Numbered from the whole stretch's first letter, positions 37,495 to 50,047 are shown. The stretch: DNA of 63,157 nt, filler included, from Reticulomyxa filosa (GCA_000512085.1; 18 parts of 18 records of this genome joined end to end with filler, not necessarily neighbours in it); one strand, 5' to 3'. Made by a program: numbers and translations. Notes: generated by a model from the letters alone, not told the origin.

Positions 37495-38779
37495 TTATCC
37501 CCAAATATGGATTAGACCATTTCGTGAACCATAACACAGATTAATATCATAACAATTATTTTTATTCTTTTTTATTTGTAGAAATTTAAAACATATTATT
37601 TCTTTATCTCCATTGATAACATATAATTCTTTTTTATTTGATCGAACATCCCAAAATCGAATTGTATTATCACTTGATCCAGAGCATATTACATTCGAAT
37701 TAAAATCAACTTCGATATTATTTACTATAAATGGTGAATATTCAACAGTATTCACCCAATCTGTGTGTCCATAAAAAACTTGAATTTGTTTACCAGATCG
37801 AATATCCCACAAACGAACACTCCCTTCTTCTGATCCAGATAATATTGTATTTATTAATTCATTTGATCCATATTTTACACTATTCACACCACGTTTATGT
37901 CCTTCGAATGTATTCAATTGTTTTGTTGTTTCAATATCCCATATATTAATAATTGCTTCCCATGATCCAGAACAAATTGTATATCCATTACCACCAATTA
38001 CACCAATATTATTATTTTTATTATCATTATTACTATTTTGTAACGGTGAAAAATCCACACATCTAACAGCACTTGTGTGTCCATCAAAAACATGTAATGA
38101 TTTGGATGTTTCAACATCCCATAAACGCATAGTTGTATCAGCAGATCCCGAACACAAATATCTACCACCATTAAATGATGAAAATTCAATCCCACCAACC
38201 CACCTGGTATGTTCATTAAATATTTGTAATTGTTGATTATCTTTAATATCCCAAAAACGAATAGTATTATCATATGAACAAAAGCAAATGATATTACGGT
38301 GATAATTATGATAATGATATGATGAAAATTTTACACAATACACAGAACTTGAATTCTCATTATTGAGTAATTGAATTTGTTTATTTGCGTCTATATCCCA
38401 TACACGGATTGTTGCATCACTTGATCCAGAACAAAGTAAATGATTACAATCAAATGTTGAATAATCAATACTCCACACATTATCAATATGTCCACAAAAA
38501 GTTTTAATTAATTTAGATGATGAAATAAATGTATCAAGTATAAATACTGTAGCAATCTATATAAAATAAACAAAAATATTTAAATATTGTATTTGTTCAT
38601 TGAATGAAAAACATAACATAATTGGCAACAAGTTTGTCGAAATCATGAATCCATCCTAATTTAATGTTTAATATTCGAATCCAATGCTGAATAATTAACT
38701 GGGTCTTTTCTTTTTTTGACTGATATAGAACTTTCTTACTTACTGTTGTTCTTTGTTTTTCATTAGCAAGAGTTGTCAT
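37495..38779 (-). CDS. Apparently intact WD40-repeat protein with N-terminal box (exons 38779-38744, 38719-38618, 38556-37495)
   Basis: About seven GH..WD repeats (CSGSSDATIRVWD, CSGSADTTMRLWD, SGSEEGSVRLWD, CSGSSDNTIRFWD). Exons splice in phase 0. Confidence 0.88.
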
Positions 38780-39024
38780 TCTGTTGATTCTTTCTTCAAA
38801 TATTGTAAACTTGGAAAATATTTCAACTTTTTTTTTTTAAGTTTTAACAAGGTAGTTTTTTTTTTAAGTATGATAGTAATTCTGGCAAACATGTTATAAA
38901 AGCAAGTACAATAAATTTGAAATCTAAAATGCAATAATTATCCAAAAGTCAAAAAAGTAAACGTTATGCGTAGACCTAGTTTTTTCTGGAAAAAAAAACT
39001 TTTAGATAAGTTCCTTGAGAAAAG

Positions 39025-40173
39025 ATGAACTCTTTTACACAACTCTGTCAAATGTACAAGCAAATCCTACATCGATTAAACAAAGCGGAAAGCATACAAG
39101 AATTAACAAGGTTTTTTGTACTTTTTGGTTTGGAAGAACTGAAAGAAATTATCAGGAATAAGCTGAACATAGAAATAGAAAAGGGTCAAAAGAGCGAAAG
39201 TAACATTGATTTTTTTTCAGTACAAAACAAGATTCGTGATACATATTTGTGTACGGCATCATTTGATGAAATTTTACCAACAACTGTGTTATCACATATT
39301 CTTTCTTTTTTGAATCATAATTCTTTTGCTGATTTGTCTATTCTATCCAGATCATTTTGGCGTACATTTTCTTTGAATCCTATATTATTCAAAAAGGTAA
39401 AAAGATTCAAACACTTTCTTTTTTTAAACAAAATATATAAACATATATAATATAAAATAAAAGTATACATTGGAATTCTCTGATTCAGAAGAAAGAAAAT
39501 TAAATATTTTTAAATTGGAAAAAAGAAGAAGAAAAAATTTTGATTATCAAGTCAAACCAAAGAAATTACAGGTTATACATATATCACAACAAGTAATGAT
39601 CGGAATACGATCTCCAAGAACATTAATCTATGATAAATCAGATGAAAATATGAATACAATGGATCGATTGGGCAAATTTCCTTGGAATGGAATTCGCAAA
39701 TGGTATGTGAATGGTATCCTATTTGAGACATTGTACTCGTGTTTTGCACAAAGACCAGTGTCACTTTATCGATCTGTATTTGACACAAGTTCGGATAGCG
39801 ATTGGAGAAGACGTGTATTGGGTTGGAAAAAGTTTATCGATAATGAAATAGATCTGTTTGATTTATTGCACTACAATGATATGATGGGAGCGAATCATGG
39901 ATGCATTTACTATTCATTATCTTTATCTGCTAAAGATTTACAATTTAAAGAAACGTCATATTCCACACAACGTTGTCAAATGAAACAAATTGATGATCAA
40001 CCCTATTTTTTAAAGCGCTTTACCTGGATTAATGCAAAAAGGATTTGCAAATATACCGCTGACCGTTCAATCTTTTGCATCAAAGACGAGTACTTGGACA
40101 GACAGAATGTGCTGTCATCACGTTGTTTGAACGAATGCTCACCTTTTCAAAATAGTTTTCTATACAAAAAAGA

Positions 40174-40212
<39 letters not shown>

Positions 40213-40693
40213 AGTATATATATATATATACATATATAGTAGATGACTGGAAGGGCTCAGAAAAAGACTTACGTAAATATATACTTGCCTTGGGTAAAGT
40301 AGATGATAAAACTACAAAAAATTTAATTGAACAAGTGCAATATTTTTATGATCACATTTTGTGTCTACGAGAATGGTTGGAGTCTTTATATTGCACTTCT
40401 GACAAGTTTCGATTTGGTCAATGCAGTTTCACAGAATTTGAAATAGAAATAAACGGAGAACAAATTGAACTTGTTATACACAAGAATGAAGAAAAGAAAA
40501 CAAAAGAAGTAAATATCTATGACTGGAGTGATTGTAATGACGACAATAATAGCTCTGCAGATAATAATGCTTCTATTGTTAATATGTATGCATGGGATAA
40601 TGTTCAAGTAGGAGATGAATTTACATCTATTTGTCAAGAAGGAGCATCAGCAATGAGTAATGCTACACAATATATTGTGTTGGGTGAATATAT
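39025..40693 (+). CDS. F-box-like motif protein, multi-exon, 3' partial
   Basis: FDEILPTTVLSHILSFLNHNSFADLSILSRSFW fits the F-box pattern LP.E.L..I.S.L....L..L..V.R.W. Downstream exons are unrecognised. Confidence 0.6.
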
Positions 40694-40793
40694 NNNNNNN
40701 NNNNNNNNNNNNNNNNNNNNNNNNNNNNNNNNNNNNNTTAATTAATTAANNNNNNNNNNNNNNNNNNNNNNNNNNNNNNNNNNNNNNNNNNNN

Positions 40794-40828
<35 letters not shown>

Positions 40829-40909
40829 GTGCATATGTACTTGTGTTTGAACTTTTCCACAGAAACAATAGAAGTACATTTGTACCGTGAAAGCACGAAT
40901 GGCACTAAC

Positions 40910-41679
40910 TTTGGGCTCATTAAACACGTATGGCTTCAACATTTCGGTCGAAGTGTCTTGGACGTATCCATAATCCTTTCGAACAAAAATGTACATTACA
41001 GATATATACACGTATATAAAGTGGTCGGACTAGCAACAAACAAAATAGTTTGCACACGATACCAAAATTTCATCGAGCAATTCATACAATAAAATAAAGT
41101 TTTTGCGAATGGTTTCCTCTGAGATAACGCCGCAGTAGTCTTTGAACACCCTCGTCAGACGTTCCAACAATTCCATCTCTAAACTTCCGCAAACATTTGT
41201 GTTTGTCGTCCCAACAAACCATAGGCCATTTAGTTGTAAATACATGAATGATATTCTATCTACTAACTATTTTTGTGTGTATTTAATTGCCCCTTTTTCT
41301 TTAGATGCAAAAAAAAAAAAAAAAATTTTTTACTTTTTTTTTTTTTGCACCCTTCCTATCAAATAGGGGGAGTACATGCTAAAAGTTCAATGATAATAAC
41401 AACATCAAAAAAAAAAAAACTCAACGAAAATTGGTGGTGCGTCTTGTTGTTTGCCTCCCCAAAATCTAACATGACGAAAAAACTTTTCTGCTGATTCTCT
41501 TGGTACATCTCCTCGAACTGGTTTTTTTTTCCCCCAAAAAAAGGTAGTACACGTCACCGAATGCGAGGGAACAAAAAAAAGAGGTTGTACAGTTGTTTTG
41601 AAACATAACAGTCTTTTGAAATCAATGTATCTCCTCGTGGATCGAGAATGAAAAACTGGGAAAGACGAGAATATGCCAT
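40910..41679 (-). CDS. AP4M1: AP-4 complex subunit mu, N-terminal longin part, multi-exon, 3' partial
   Basis: MAYSRLSQFFILDPRGDTLISKD / RGDVPRESAEKFFRHVRFW..APPIF / FKDYCGVISEETIRKNFILLYELLDEIL / DYGYVQDTSTEMLKPYVFNEP. Confidence 0.88.
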
Positions 41680-42114
41680 AATTATACGGTATTATAAAAT
41701 AAATTTTGCTGCAAAAAAAAAACAAACCCAGAGCTCAAGTTTTTTTGTTCCCGTGATAGGCCAACTTCTTTTGCTTTTCATTCAGGTTTTCAGAATTAAG
41801 AACAAAAATCGAAAAAATGTTAAGTGTATAACTTTGCAAAGTTTTGTCTATTGGTTGTTAAAAAACTAAAACTGAACAAAAATGGCAGTAATGACTTTTT
41901 GCTTGAATGATATTCTCTTTCGGAGCACCTTAGATACCACTGACTCAATGATCTAAAACAAAGTCAGAAAAGCTTAATTCTAGTTGCTGTGAGCTTTTTT
42001 GCCTTGTTCTGTTGGCAGTACAGCTTTGATCGATTTTTCTTCGCTCTTTAAGAGAACAATTGAAAGTACATAAACAAAACAACAAAACAAACAAAAAACG
42101 AACAAGAGATCGCA

Positions 42115-42656
42115 TCAAGTGGTGAGAGCTTTTGAGTCTGATCTCAACAAGATATCTGACTCTCTAGATACTATGGCATGATCCCCACGAATTACTTTGT
42201 TTCGATCCCAAGGGGAAGAAATGAAACGTTTTTTCTGCGATCTCAAGCAACATTTACAATTCTGTTGAAACGGATGATATTGTGATGTATTATTTACAAG
42301 GAGAGAAAAAAAGTGAGGAATAAAGAATGATGTAGTTTTACAATACGTGTGTATAACATATATATATATATATGTATATATGCATATGAATATAGTATTG
42401 TTTTTTTATTCTTAACGTATTTAATAACATTGCTTTTCAATTCCGAAGACGTTTTTTCAAGCTTTGTCCATTCTTTTAATCTTCTTTTGTATGCGAAAAA
42501 TACACATAACAAATGAAAAGTAGTGAAAACAATAGCAAATCCATAAAACGCATTGTCATTGTTGGTATGTTTCGCCAATATCGATACATTGCCAGCAATA
42601 CAAGTCCATAGTGTTATTACCACCAAAAATCGAAGCAGCTTAATGTGTACATATCC
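42115..42656 (-). CDS. C-terminal fragment of a membrane protein, possibly pentameric ligand-gated ion channel TM3-TM4
   Basis: DMYTLSCF (one-base frame break) FLVVITLWTCIAG, a short loop, then NAFYGFAIVFTTFHLLCVFFAY and a basic tail. Confidence 0.35.
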
Positions 42657-42953
42657 TTTTTTTTTTAAAAAAAAAAAAAAAAAAAGGGGTAAAAAAAAAA
42701 AAAAAAAAAANNNNNNNNNNNNNNNNNNNNNNNNNNNNNNNNNNNNNNNNNNNNTTAATTAATTAANNNNNNNNNNNNNNNNNNNNNNNNNNNNNNNNNN
42801 NNNNNNNNNNAGAAAAAAAAAAAAAAAGAGAAAAAGATTTAAAAAAAGTATAGAAAAAGAGAAAAAAAAGAGATAAAAATAAAAAAGAAGAAAAAAAAAT
42901 AGTAAGAAGAAGAAAAAAAAAAGCAACAACAACAGCAAACAACAGCAGCAAAT

Positions 42954-44486
42954 ATGATTATGATGCCATCTCATTGGCTTTATTTGATTGGAATGGCTCT
43001 TCACGAGAGCGACTTTGCGCTTCCAGACATTGACCAATTTCACAGAGCAAAGATCATGGACTATTGTGGCAATGTCAAGCGAAGTGTCAACCCGAGCATT
43101 GGAAAGACTTGTGTGAATAAGGATTGCGAACAAGTCTATGTATATAGTTCTTCGAGTGGCAAAGCACCAAAGATTGAGCCGGCGAAAAATGGAAAATCAA
43201 TCGTTGTGGAAATTTAGTTAATTTTATGGACGTGGACAATCGAAGAGTGGAGACTAGTCGATAATATCAAAACTGGTCGTGTACGTGCGCATAATCGCAG
43301 CTTTGGATTTTTGTTTATGAATGTGATGATAGGAGGAATGGTAGGCTCGCGAGAGACAGTTGGCATTAGTTATTGTTGAAGAAAGAGCGGGAGAAGGAAA
43401 AACTGGTAGCATTTTTATCCAATAATAAAGAAGAAAATGCAAATGGTATAATATCATTACATCGTCAATCTAAACGTTGGATTGGAAATGATCGAGCTCA
43501 TTCAATAAAGTCACAAGTGCGACTAGATCATTAGATTTTGTGGTTGGAAACTTCGCATATTGTTTGGAAAAGATTCTAACGGACCATCGTGGACAATTTG
43601 GATCTGAATATAAAAGCAAGCTAGGCAAGAAGAAAAAAAAAGACTGATATCGCGCAAATCGACATTATGGTATATCAAGGTGGCAGTGACTGAACTTTGA
43701 AGAAGTCGAAGGCAAGTGAAGAATACGGAAGTTGTCAGAAAATAGCCAACGTTGCGGTCAAGCAAACCACGACAGCAGGAGAACCGTTTCGTGTGAGTGG
43801 TTCAATTGTGGAGGAGTTATGCAAAAATCACATCAAGGCACCAGCAGAAAAGAAGAGAAAGAGGACGAGGATAAAGAAAAAGAGTATTTCAATGCAATAT
43901 CGTGTTGGAGTTGTTTTAAAAGAAAAAAACCAGTCGGCCGGCTTTGCTAAGTTTGGTAATGGAATTATTATTCATGTTTGGAACGCGCAAATTCGTTACT
44001 AGCGAGAGTGAGCTAACTTAATATAGCGCAATGTGGCAATGTCTACAGTATAATCTCAACATTAGAAAGAGTTTGTTTGTCATCAATGTAGGTCCACAGA
44101 AGTCTCGGCGAAAAACTCTTGGCGCGGCAAATCACCAAAGAAGGTGTCAAACTGCGATCTATCGACTCCAACAAATAAAGGAAACTTGTCGTTATTGTAA
44201 TGGAGCAACTTTGCGAACGCAGAAGAACAATCAAAACTCGTCGTATACTGCACACGTTCGCAACATTGGGATTGAATCTTGAGCTCACGAGACATTGAGC
44301 ATTGATGATATATGAAGAGCTAGTTGTATTTTTTAACTTTATCACTGCGAGAGTCGTGTTCCTTGTATTTAGCGATCCAGGAGACAATTTGGCAAAGATA
44401 ATTGGTGCTTGTTCGATTATGGACTACAGAAGACGAGTTGGATGATAATCAATACTTTGTATTCGCCGCATTACCCTAGCACTTGG
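42954..44486 (+). pseudogene. Fragmented coding-like sequence of unknown family
   Basis: Coding-like composition without intron-type A/T tracts, broken into short ORFs in changing frames. Confidence 0.3.
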
Positions 44487-45742
44487 NNNNNNNNNNNNNN
44501 NNNNNNNNNNNNNNNNNNNNNNNNNNNNNNTTAATTAATTAANNNNNNNNNNNNNNNNNNNNNNNNNNNNNNNNNNNNNNNNNNNNCAAGACACATTTTT
44601 AAAGAGTTTCATACATTTTTAATTAATTAATTTTAAAAGAATTTTATGCAAAAATAATGTTAAAAAAAAATTATGAAGTTGTTGTATAAATGAACTCATT
44701 TAATTTATTCTGAAATACCAACGAAGTGGTGACAAATGTGACATGTCTTGAGCGCGATTTTCATGTTGGCAAGGCCTGTAATGTAAACTCTTAAAATTCA
44801 TATCCCCAACAAAATTGGCTCAAATGATGCCCAGCGTGCCCCGTTTGGTTTTATATTTTACCTTTTACGACAAAACTCATATGCACAAAATAAAAGACGT
44901 TTCTTCATGCGTTGAAACTTTACACTACATCGTCATAAACCTTGACAAAGATAAGAAGTTTGACGTTCAAGTCAGCTGAATCTTTGCCCCTTTTTTGAAA
45001 ATCTTGCATGTCAACGCGAACGCGCACGACCAAAAGTTTTTTTGCAAAGTTTATCTCACTTTTTACCACAAAGTCCAATGTTTCGCCGGAGTAGAATATT
45101 TGTTCTCAAACGAAAGAAAAATGTAAAAATATCCTTGTCGATTTAAAAAAAAACACGATACTTTAGCTGCGTATTGGCTATGCTCGGCCTTTGCTATGAC
45201 GGCGACAATGATTCACAGATCTCTTTTCAGAATTCAAACGACACTGTTATCTGTTGCAAACAGCCCGTCTAACAATTTTTTTTTTTTTTAATACGTGTAA
45301 TGTTGGCGTGTGTGTGTGTGTGGTGATGCACAATTCTCTTTTGAACAAACCAAGTGATTTTTGTTCCCTCCTCCCTTTTTCAATTGTACTCACGTCAATT
45401 TCAAATACTATTCTTTTTTTTTATTTATTATGAATTTCTATGCACGATAGGTTGTTGTTTTTTTTTCTCGTAGTGGTGCTAAATAACTACAAAAAAAAAA
45501 AAAAAAACCACTACATATTTAATTCTCTTTTTTTTTTTTTAAAAAAAAAAAAAACTTAGACATGTCGACTTTCTTGCATTGTGTGTATCAATGGATTCTG
45601 AAAGAAAGCATTTAAAAAAAAAAAAAAACGAATAATTGCTCTTTACTGTAATTGAAGCGAAAAATCACGCCACTCCTTTTTAAGAACATTCGATCAAACG
45701 AATCAAAAAAAAAAAAAAACACAACAACTTGGATGTCTTGTT

Positions 45743-46001
45743 TCACAGGGGGCTGACATTGAAAACTAAGCTTGTATACTCTTCTTTTCCGGTATCATTT
45801 CCTTCGCCCCCCAATCTCCAAACCTTTTCTTCGGCCACCTTCTCGGTAACAGTTTGGATTTCTTTGTCTTTTTTTGTCCTGTACTTCACTACGACATTGC
45901 ATCGATACAAGAAGAAATTGTCGATTTCAAACGGCTTTTTGCATCCAGGACATACTATCCCTGGGAACTTGTCTGTATCGGGATTAGATCCATCCATGTC
46001 T
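45743..46001 (-). CDS. C-terminal exon of a Cys-containing (CxxC) uncharacterised protein, 5' partial
   Basis: IVCPGCKKPFEIDNFFLYRCNVVVKY..EYTSLVFNVSPL*. Confidence 0.55.
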
Positions 46002-46101
46002 NNNNNNNNNNNNNNNNNNNNNNNNNNNNNNNNNNNNNNNNNNNNTTAATTAATTAANNNNNNNNNNNNNNNNNNNNNNNNNNNNNNNNNNNNNNNNNNN
46101 N

Positions 46102-46490
46102 AAAAAACAAGAAATTGAAATCGTCATTGAGCATTGGATGGATTCACTATCGATTAATAAATTTGGATGGATTGATGACTTTAACCTGATTATCTTACGA
46201 CATACGCTGGTATGTTTGTTTGTTTATTTGCAAATTTTTTAAAAATTTTTGTCAAAAAAAAAAAAGCTAAAATATTTCAAACCATTAAAAGGGCTTCAAG
46301 GCCACTCTGATTATGTGCAAAATGTACATTTTTCATTTGACGGCGCCAATATTGTAATCATCCTCATTTGATAAAACGATCAAAATATGGGATGTCAAGT
46401 CAGGAAATATAATCAAAGAACTGAAAGGAGATTTTGGATGCGCTTGTGATGCAAAATTTTCTCCAGATGGAAATACAATTGTGTCGTGCT
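46102..46490 (+). pseudogene. WD40 gene fragment (second subfamily) with box exon, frameshifted
   Basis: EIEIVIEHWMDSLSINKFGWIDDFNLIILRH, an intron, then LQGHSDYV..FSFDG..SSFDKTIKIWDVKSG..FSPDGNTIVS. Confidence 0.7.
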
Positions 46491-46625
46491 ATATAAATAT
46501 ATAAATATATAAATATACATATACATATACATATACATGTATATATACATATATGTATGTGTGATATGACCAATTTTGTACACAATGAAAAAAAGAAATA
46601 CGACTAATGTGAACTCATTGAATAG

Positions 46626-49600
46626 AATGAACACTTTCGGGAATATGTGGAATATACCCGCACACAAGTAAACCCTTTGCTGTATAAGTTGAAAATGGAC
46701 ATAATGATGAAGCGCAATGCACAATGGCAGCCGTTGATTGGACTGCGGACAATAACGAAGCATTGGACAGATAGCCATATTGCACAAGCATGCAGTGATG
46801 TGATCGAGTCTCGTTCTCGTTTCCAAGAGTGGTATTCCAATTCCAAACAATGTCTCAGTGAACGTATCCTCAATTATGCGTGTCGATTCTCGACAAAAGA
46901 AGAAAGCTGTCCAAGTTTCCCTGTCAATTCCCTTCACATTTCCTTGACATTACAGTTGACTGTTTCTTTTAATAATAATAATAATAACAATAATAATAAT
47001 AATGTTTGTAAAATGATTTTTAAACTAATATAGACCCTATCAAATACAAACGGTGAATTGGATATACCATCGCGAATTACATCCGAATGGGATATGTGGT
47101 GATTTGTTTTTGAAAGAACGATTTCCAGATACGGACGATTATTATCATTATTCCCCGGAATTGGATCGCATTCAATTCGATCCCTTGCCAACAATTCGAG
47201 GAGGAATTGTATCGGAAGAAATGGGACTCGGAAAAACTATTGAGGCAATTGCATTAATCCAATTGCATCCTAGAGAATCTTTGAAATGCAATGTAAGCAA
47301 CAATATTACTACATCTTTGTCATTATTACCTTTATCTTCGCATTCTTGTTCTCCTCCTCCCCTACCACCACCTCGTACATCGCCGCTAATCCCAGTAAAA
47401 TCCACATTGATCATTGTCCCAGTGAACTTGGTCGGACAATGGGAGATGGAAATCAAAACTAAATGCACCAAGCCTCTGTCAGTGTACATATATTATGGAG
47501 CGAATCGAATCAAAGATCCGAGTGTATTGGCCCAATATGACGTGATCATTACGACCTTTGGAATCGTATCCACCGAGCATCGACTACAAGGAAAGAATAA
47601 CTCGGACACTAACATCAATCCCGAGAACGAAAGCACAAGCGTCAGCTCCAAGTCTAAGCCTAAATCTAAATCTAAATCCAACTCTAACTCCAAATCTAAA
47701 TCTGAATCCAAAACTAAATCTAAATCAAAAACCAAGTCTGAATCCAAAACCAATTCTGAATCCAAAACCAATTCTGAATCCAAAACCAAGTCTGAATCTA
47801 AAACTAATTCTGAATCTAAAACCAAAGCAAAACCCAAATCTAAATCTAAATCTAAATCCAAAGCTGCTTCGGATCCAAATAAACTCAAATCCAAATCCAA
47901 ATCCAAAGCTGCTTCGGATCCAAATAAACCCAAAACCAAATCGAAAATCAAGACATTGAAAAGCAAAGCCAAATCCAAGTCGACATCCTCAGAAAGCACA
48001 ACAACAACAACATCACCCGATTCAAATCTAAGCAGCTTGGATACGGACTCGGATGAATACTCCCCTTTTTCGGTCACAGAGAAAAAGAGACGGGCCAAAT
48101 CAAAACGCGACGGCGTGCTGCACGCTTGCGAGTGGTGGCGTGTCATTGTAGATGAAGGGCACGCATTAAAGGACGGCAACACGCTGCAAAGTCGGAGTAT
48201 AATGCAGTTGGTTTCGGTTAACAAGTGGATATTAACAGGGACGCCCTTCAACACGTCGTTTCGAGACATTAAAAACCAATTCAAATTTCTTCAACTGGAA
48301 TACTTTACCACAAGACAATGGGAAAAGCTTTCTCACATGTCAGCAGAGCTTGAATTGGCCGGCTACGATGATACTGTCGCCAGCATTTTCACTTTGTTCT
48401 GTCCTACTTACTTGCTTTGCTCATTTCATTTACATTTCTTATTCTATTCTATTTTATTCGTAGTGTATTACATAATGTCCATTTACATAATAATAATTAA
48501 TAATAATAACAGGTTTCGTCATGTGGTAATGCGTCATATAAAATCGCAACAATTTGATGGTATAGATATTGTATCGTTACCAGCCAAGCACGAAAATGTG
48601 ATCTCGATTGAATTTACTCCTCTACAGAAAGCGCACTATGACAAACTGTACAAAGCTGCTTGCAACCGCTTTTCAGTGTCAAAACGACACAATACTGTGA
48701 ATTCAGACTATTTTGCCATCATTCAATCCTTAATCCACGCCCGACGCGCTTGCAGTGGTTTTGAATTCTCCATCACCGAAGTCGACCGTATACTGGCCGA
48801 CTCCTTTCGACTTTTAGGTGTTTTTTTTTTGGTCCTCTAGTAAAGTTTGAAATTAAAAAAAAATACAAAAAGAGGGAACAAAATTTTTCTAAAAAAAAAA
48901 AACTGATCGAATATTATTATATACGAATGTATACATATATATTTTTGTTTGTTTGATTGATTTTGTGATATGTAGCACCACAATGTTCGCTGCAGAATAT
49001 CGTGTTTGAAGAGTCCAATGCGATTGCTTACAACCAATCGGACACGGACGAAGAAAATGCTGAAGAGTGTCCAATTTGCAAAGAAGAAATGGAAAACCCC
49101 TTTATTACGCCGTGCAAACACTTATTCTGCTTTGGCTGCATCTCCGAGTGGATTACAACTCGGAAATCCTGTCCTTTTTGCCGCAGGTAAATGAAAAAGA
49201 ACGTATACATTGTTTGTTTATTGATTGACACTCATTTAAAAAAAAAAAAAAAGGGAGATTGAGCACCAAAGCGAACTGAAAAAGCACGTGAAAAAAGTAG
49301 ATAAGGACATCGAACAAGAAAAGATAGAAACGGAAAATATTGAAGACAAGCTTGTATTTGATGGAAAAGTAAAGTTTTTGATGGAGCGTTTAAAGCAGCT
49401 GCGCAATGAAAAACCACAAGAAAAAGTACTAGTGTTTACCATGTTTGCCGAATGTGCAAAATGGCTTGTGCAGGAATTGGAAAGAAACGAGTTCAACTAT
49501 CGAACTGTTCACAGTGGAATGACAATGAAACAGCGACAAAGAGCACTGGAAAAATTTCAATATGACGATCCCACTACCGTTTTTGTCCTTACTATACGTA

Positions 49601-50047
49601 CAGGAGCGGTTGGGGTATGTGTACACTTATGTGTCTATTTGCTTATCTTTTCTGTTGTTATCAGTGAATGAGAGGGACGGATTTGAATGACTATTTCATG
49701 TTTTCTCGTTGTTTATTGTTTGACAGGTGACATTGACCGCAGCAAATCACGTTTTTTTGATGGTAACTTTCACTCTTTTTTGTTTGCAAACGCTTTAAAT
49801 AAATAAAAATAAAACAAAAAAAGGAACCGTGTTTGAATCCAGCACTGTTTCAACAAGCGACTAATCGGGTTTATCGCTTGGGTCAAAAAAAAGAAGTGCA
49901 CATTTACACCTTGGTAATGAAAGATTCAGTGGAAGAAAAAATTCTCAAAATGAACGCCAAGAAATATGAAGATCATTTAACAGCTGGGAATATCTCTCAG
50001 GATACCAACGTTCGTTGTTCTTCTGATATTTACCAGTTATTTGAATA
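46626..50047 (+). CDS. SNF2-family helicase with C3HC4 RING (RAD5/HLTF/SHPRH-like), multi-exon, 5' end unresolved
   Basis: GGIVSEEMGLGKT, TLIIVPVNLVGQW, WWRVIVDEGH, WILTGTP, RING CPIC..TPCKHLFCFGCI..CPFCR, KVLVFTMF, TLTAANHVFLM/EP..NPALFQQATNRVYRLGQKKEV. Confidence 0.92.
47645..47985 (+). repeat. Coding Lys/Ser tandem repeats (6-bp AAATCY, 18-bp TCTGAATCYAAAACYAAK, duplicated KSKSKAASDPNK)
   Basis: Direct reading: SESKTN/SESKTK units and two copies of AAATCCAAAGCTGCTTCGGATCCAAATAAA. Confidence 0.9.

Noticed and set aside
47493-48284. 263-aa antisense ORF (and 47558-47959 alternative-frame ORF) over the SNF2 gene
   Set aside because: By-product of the stop-free K/S tandem repeat.
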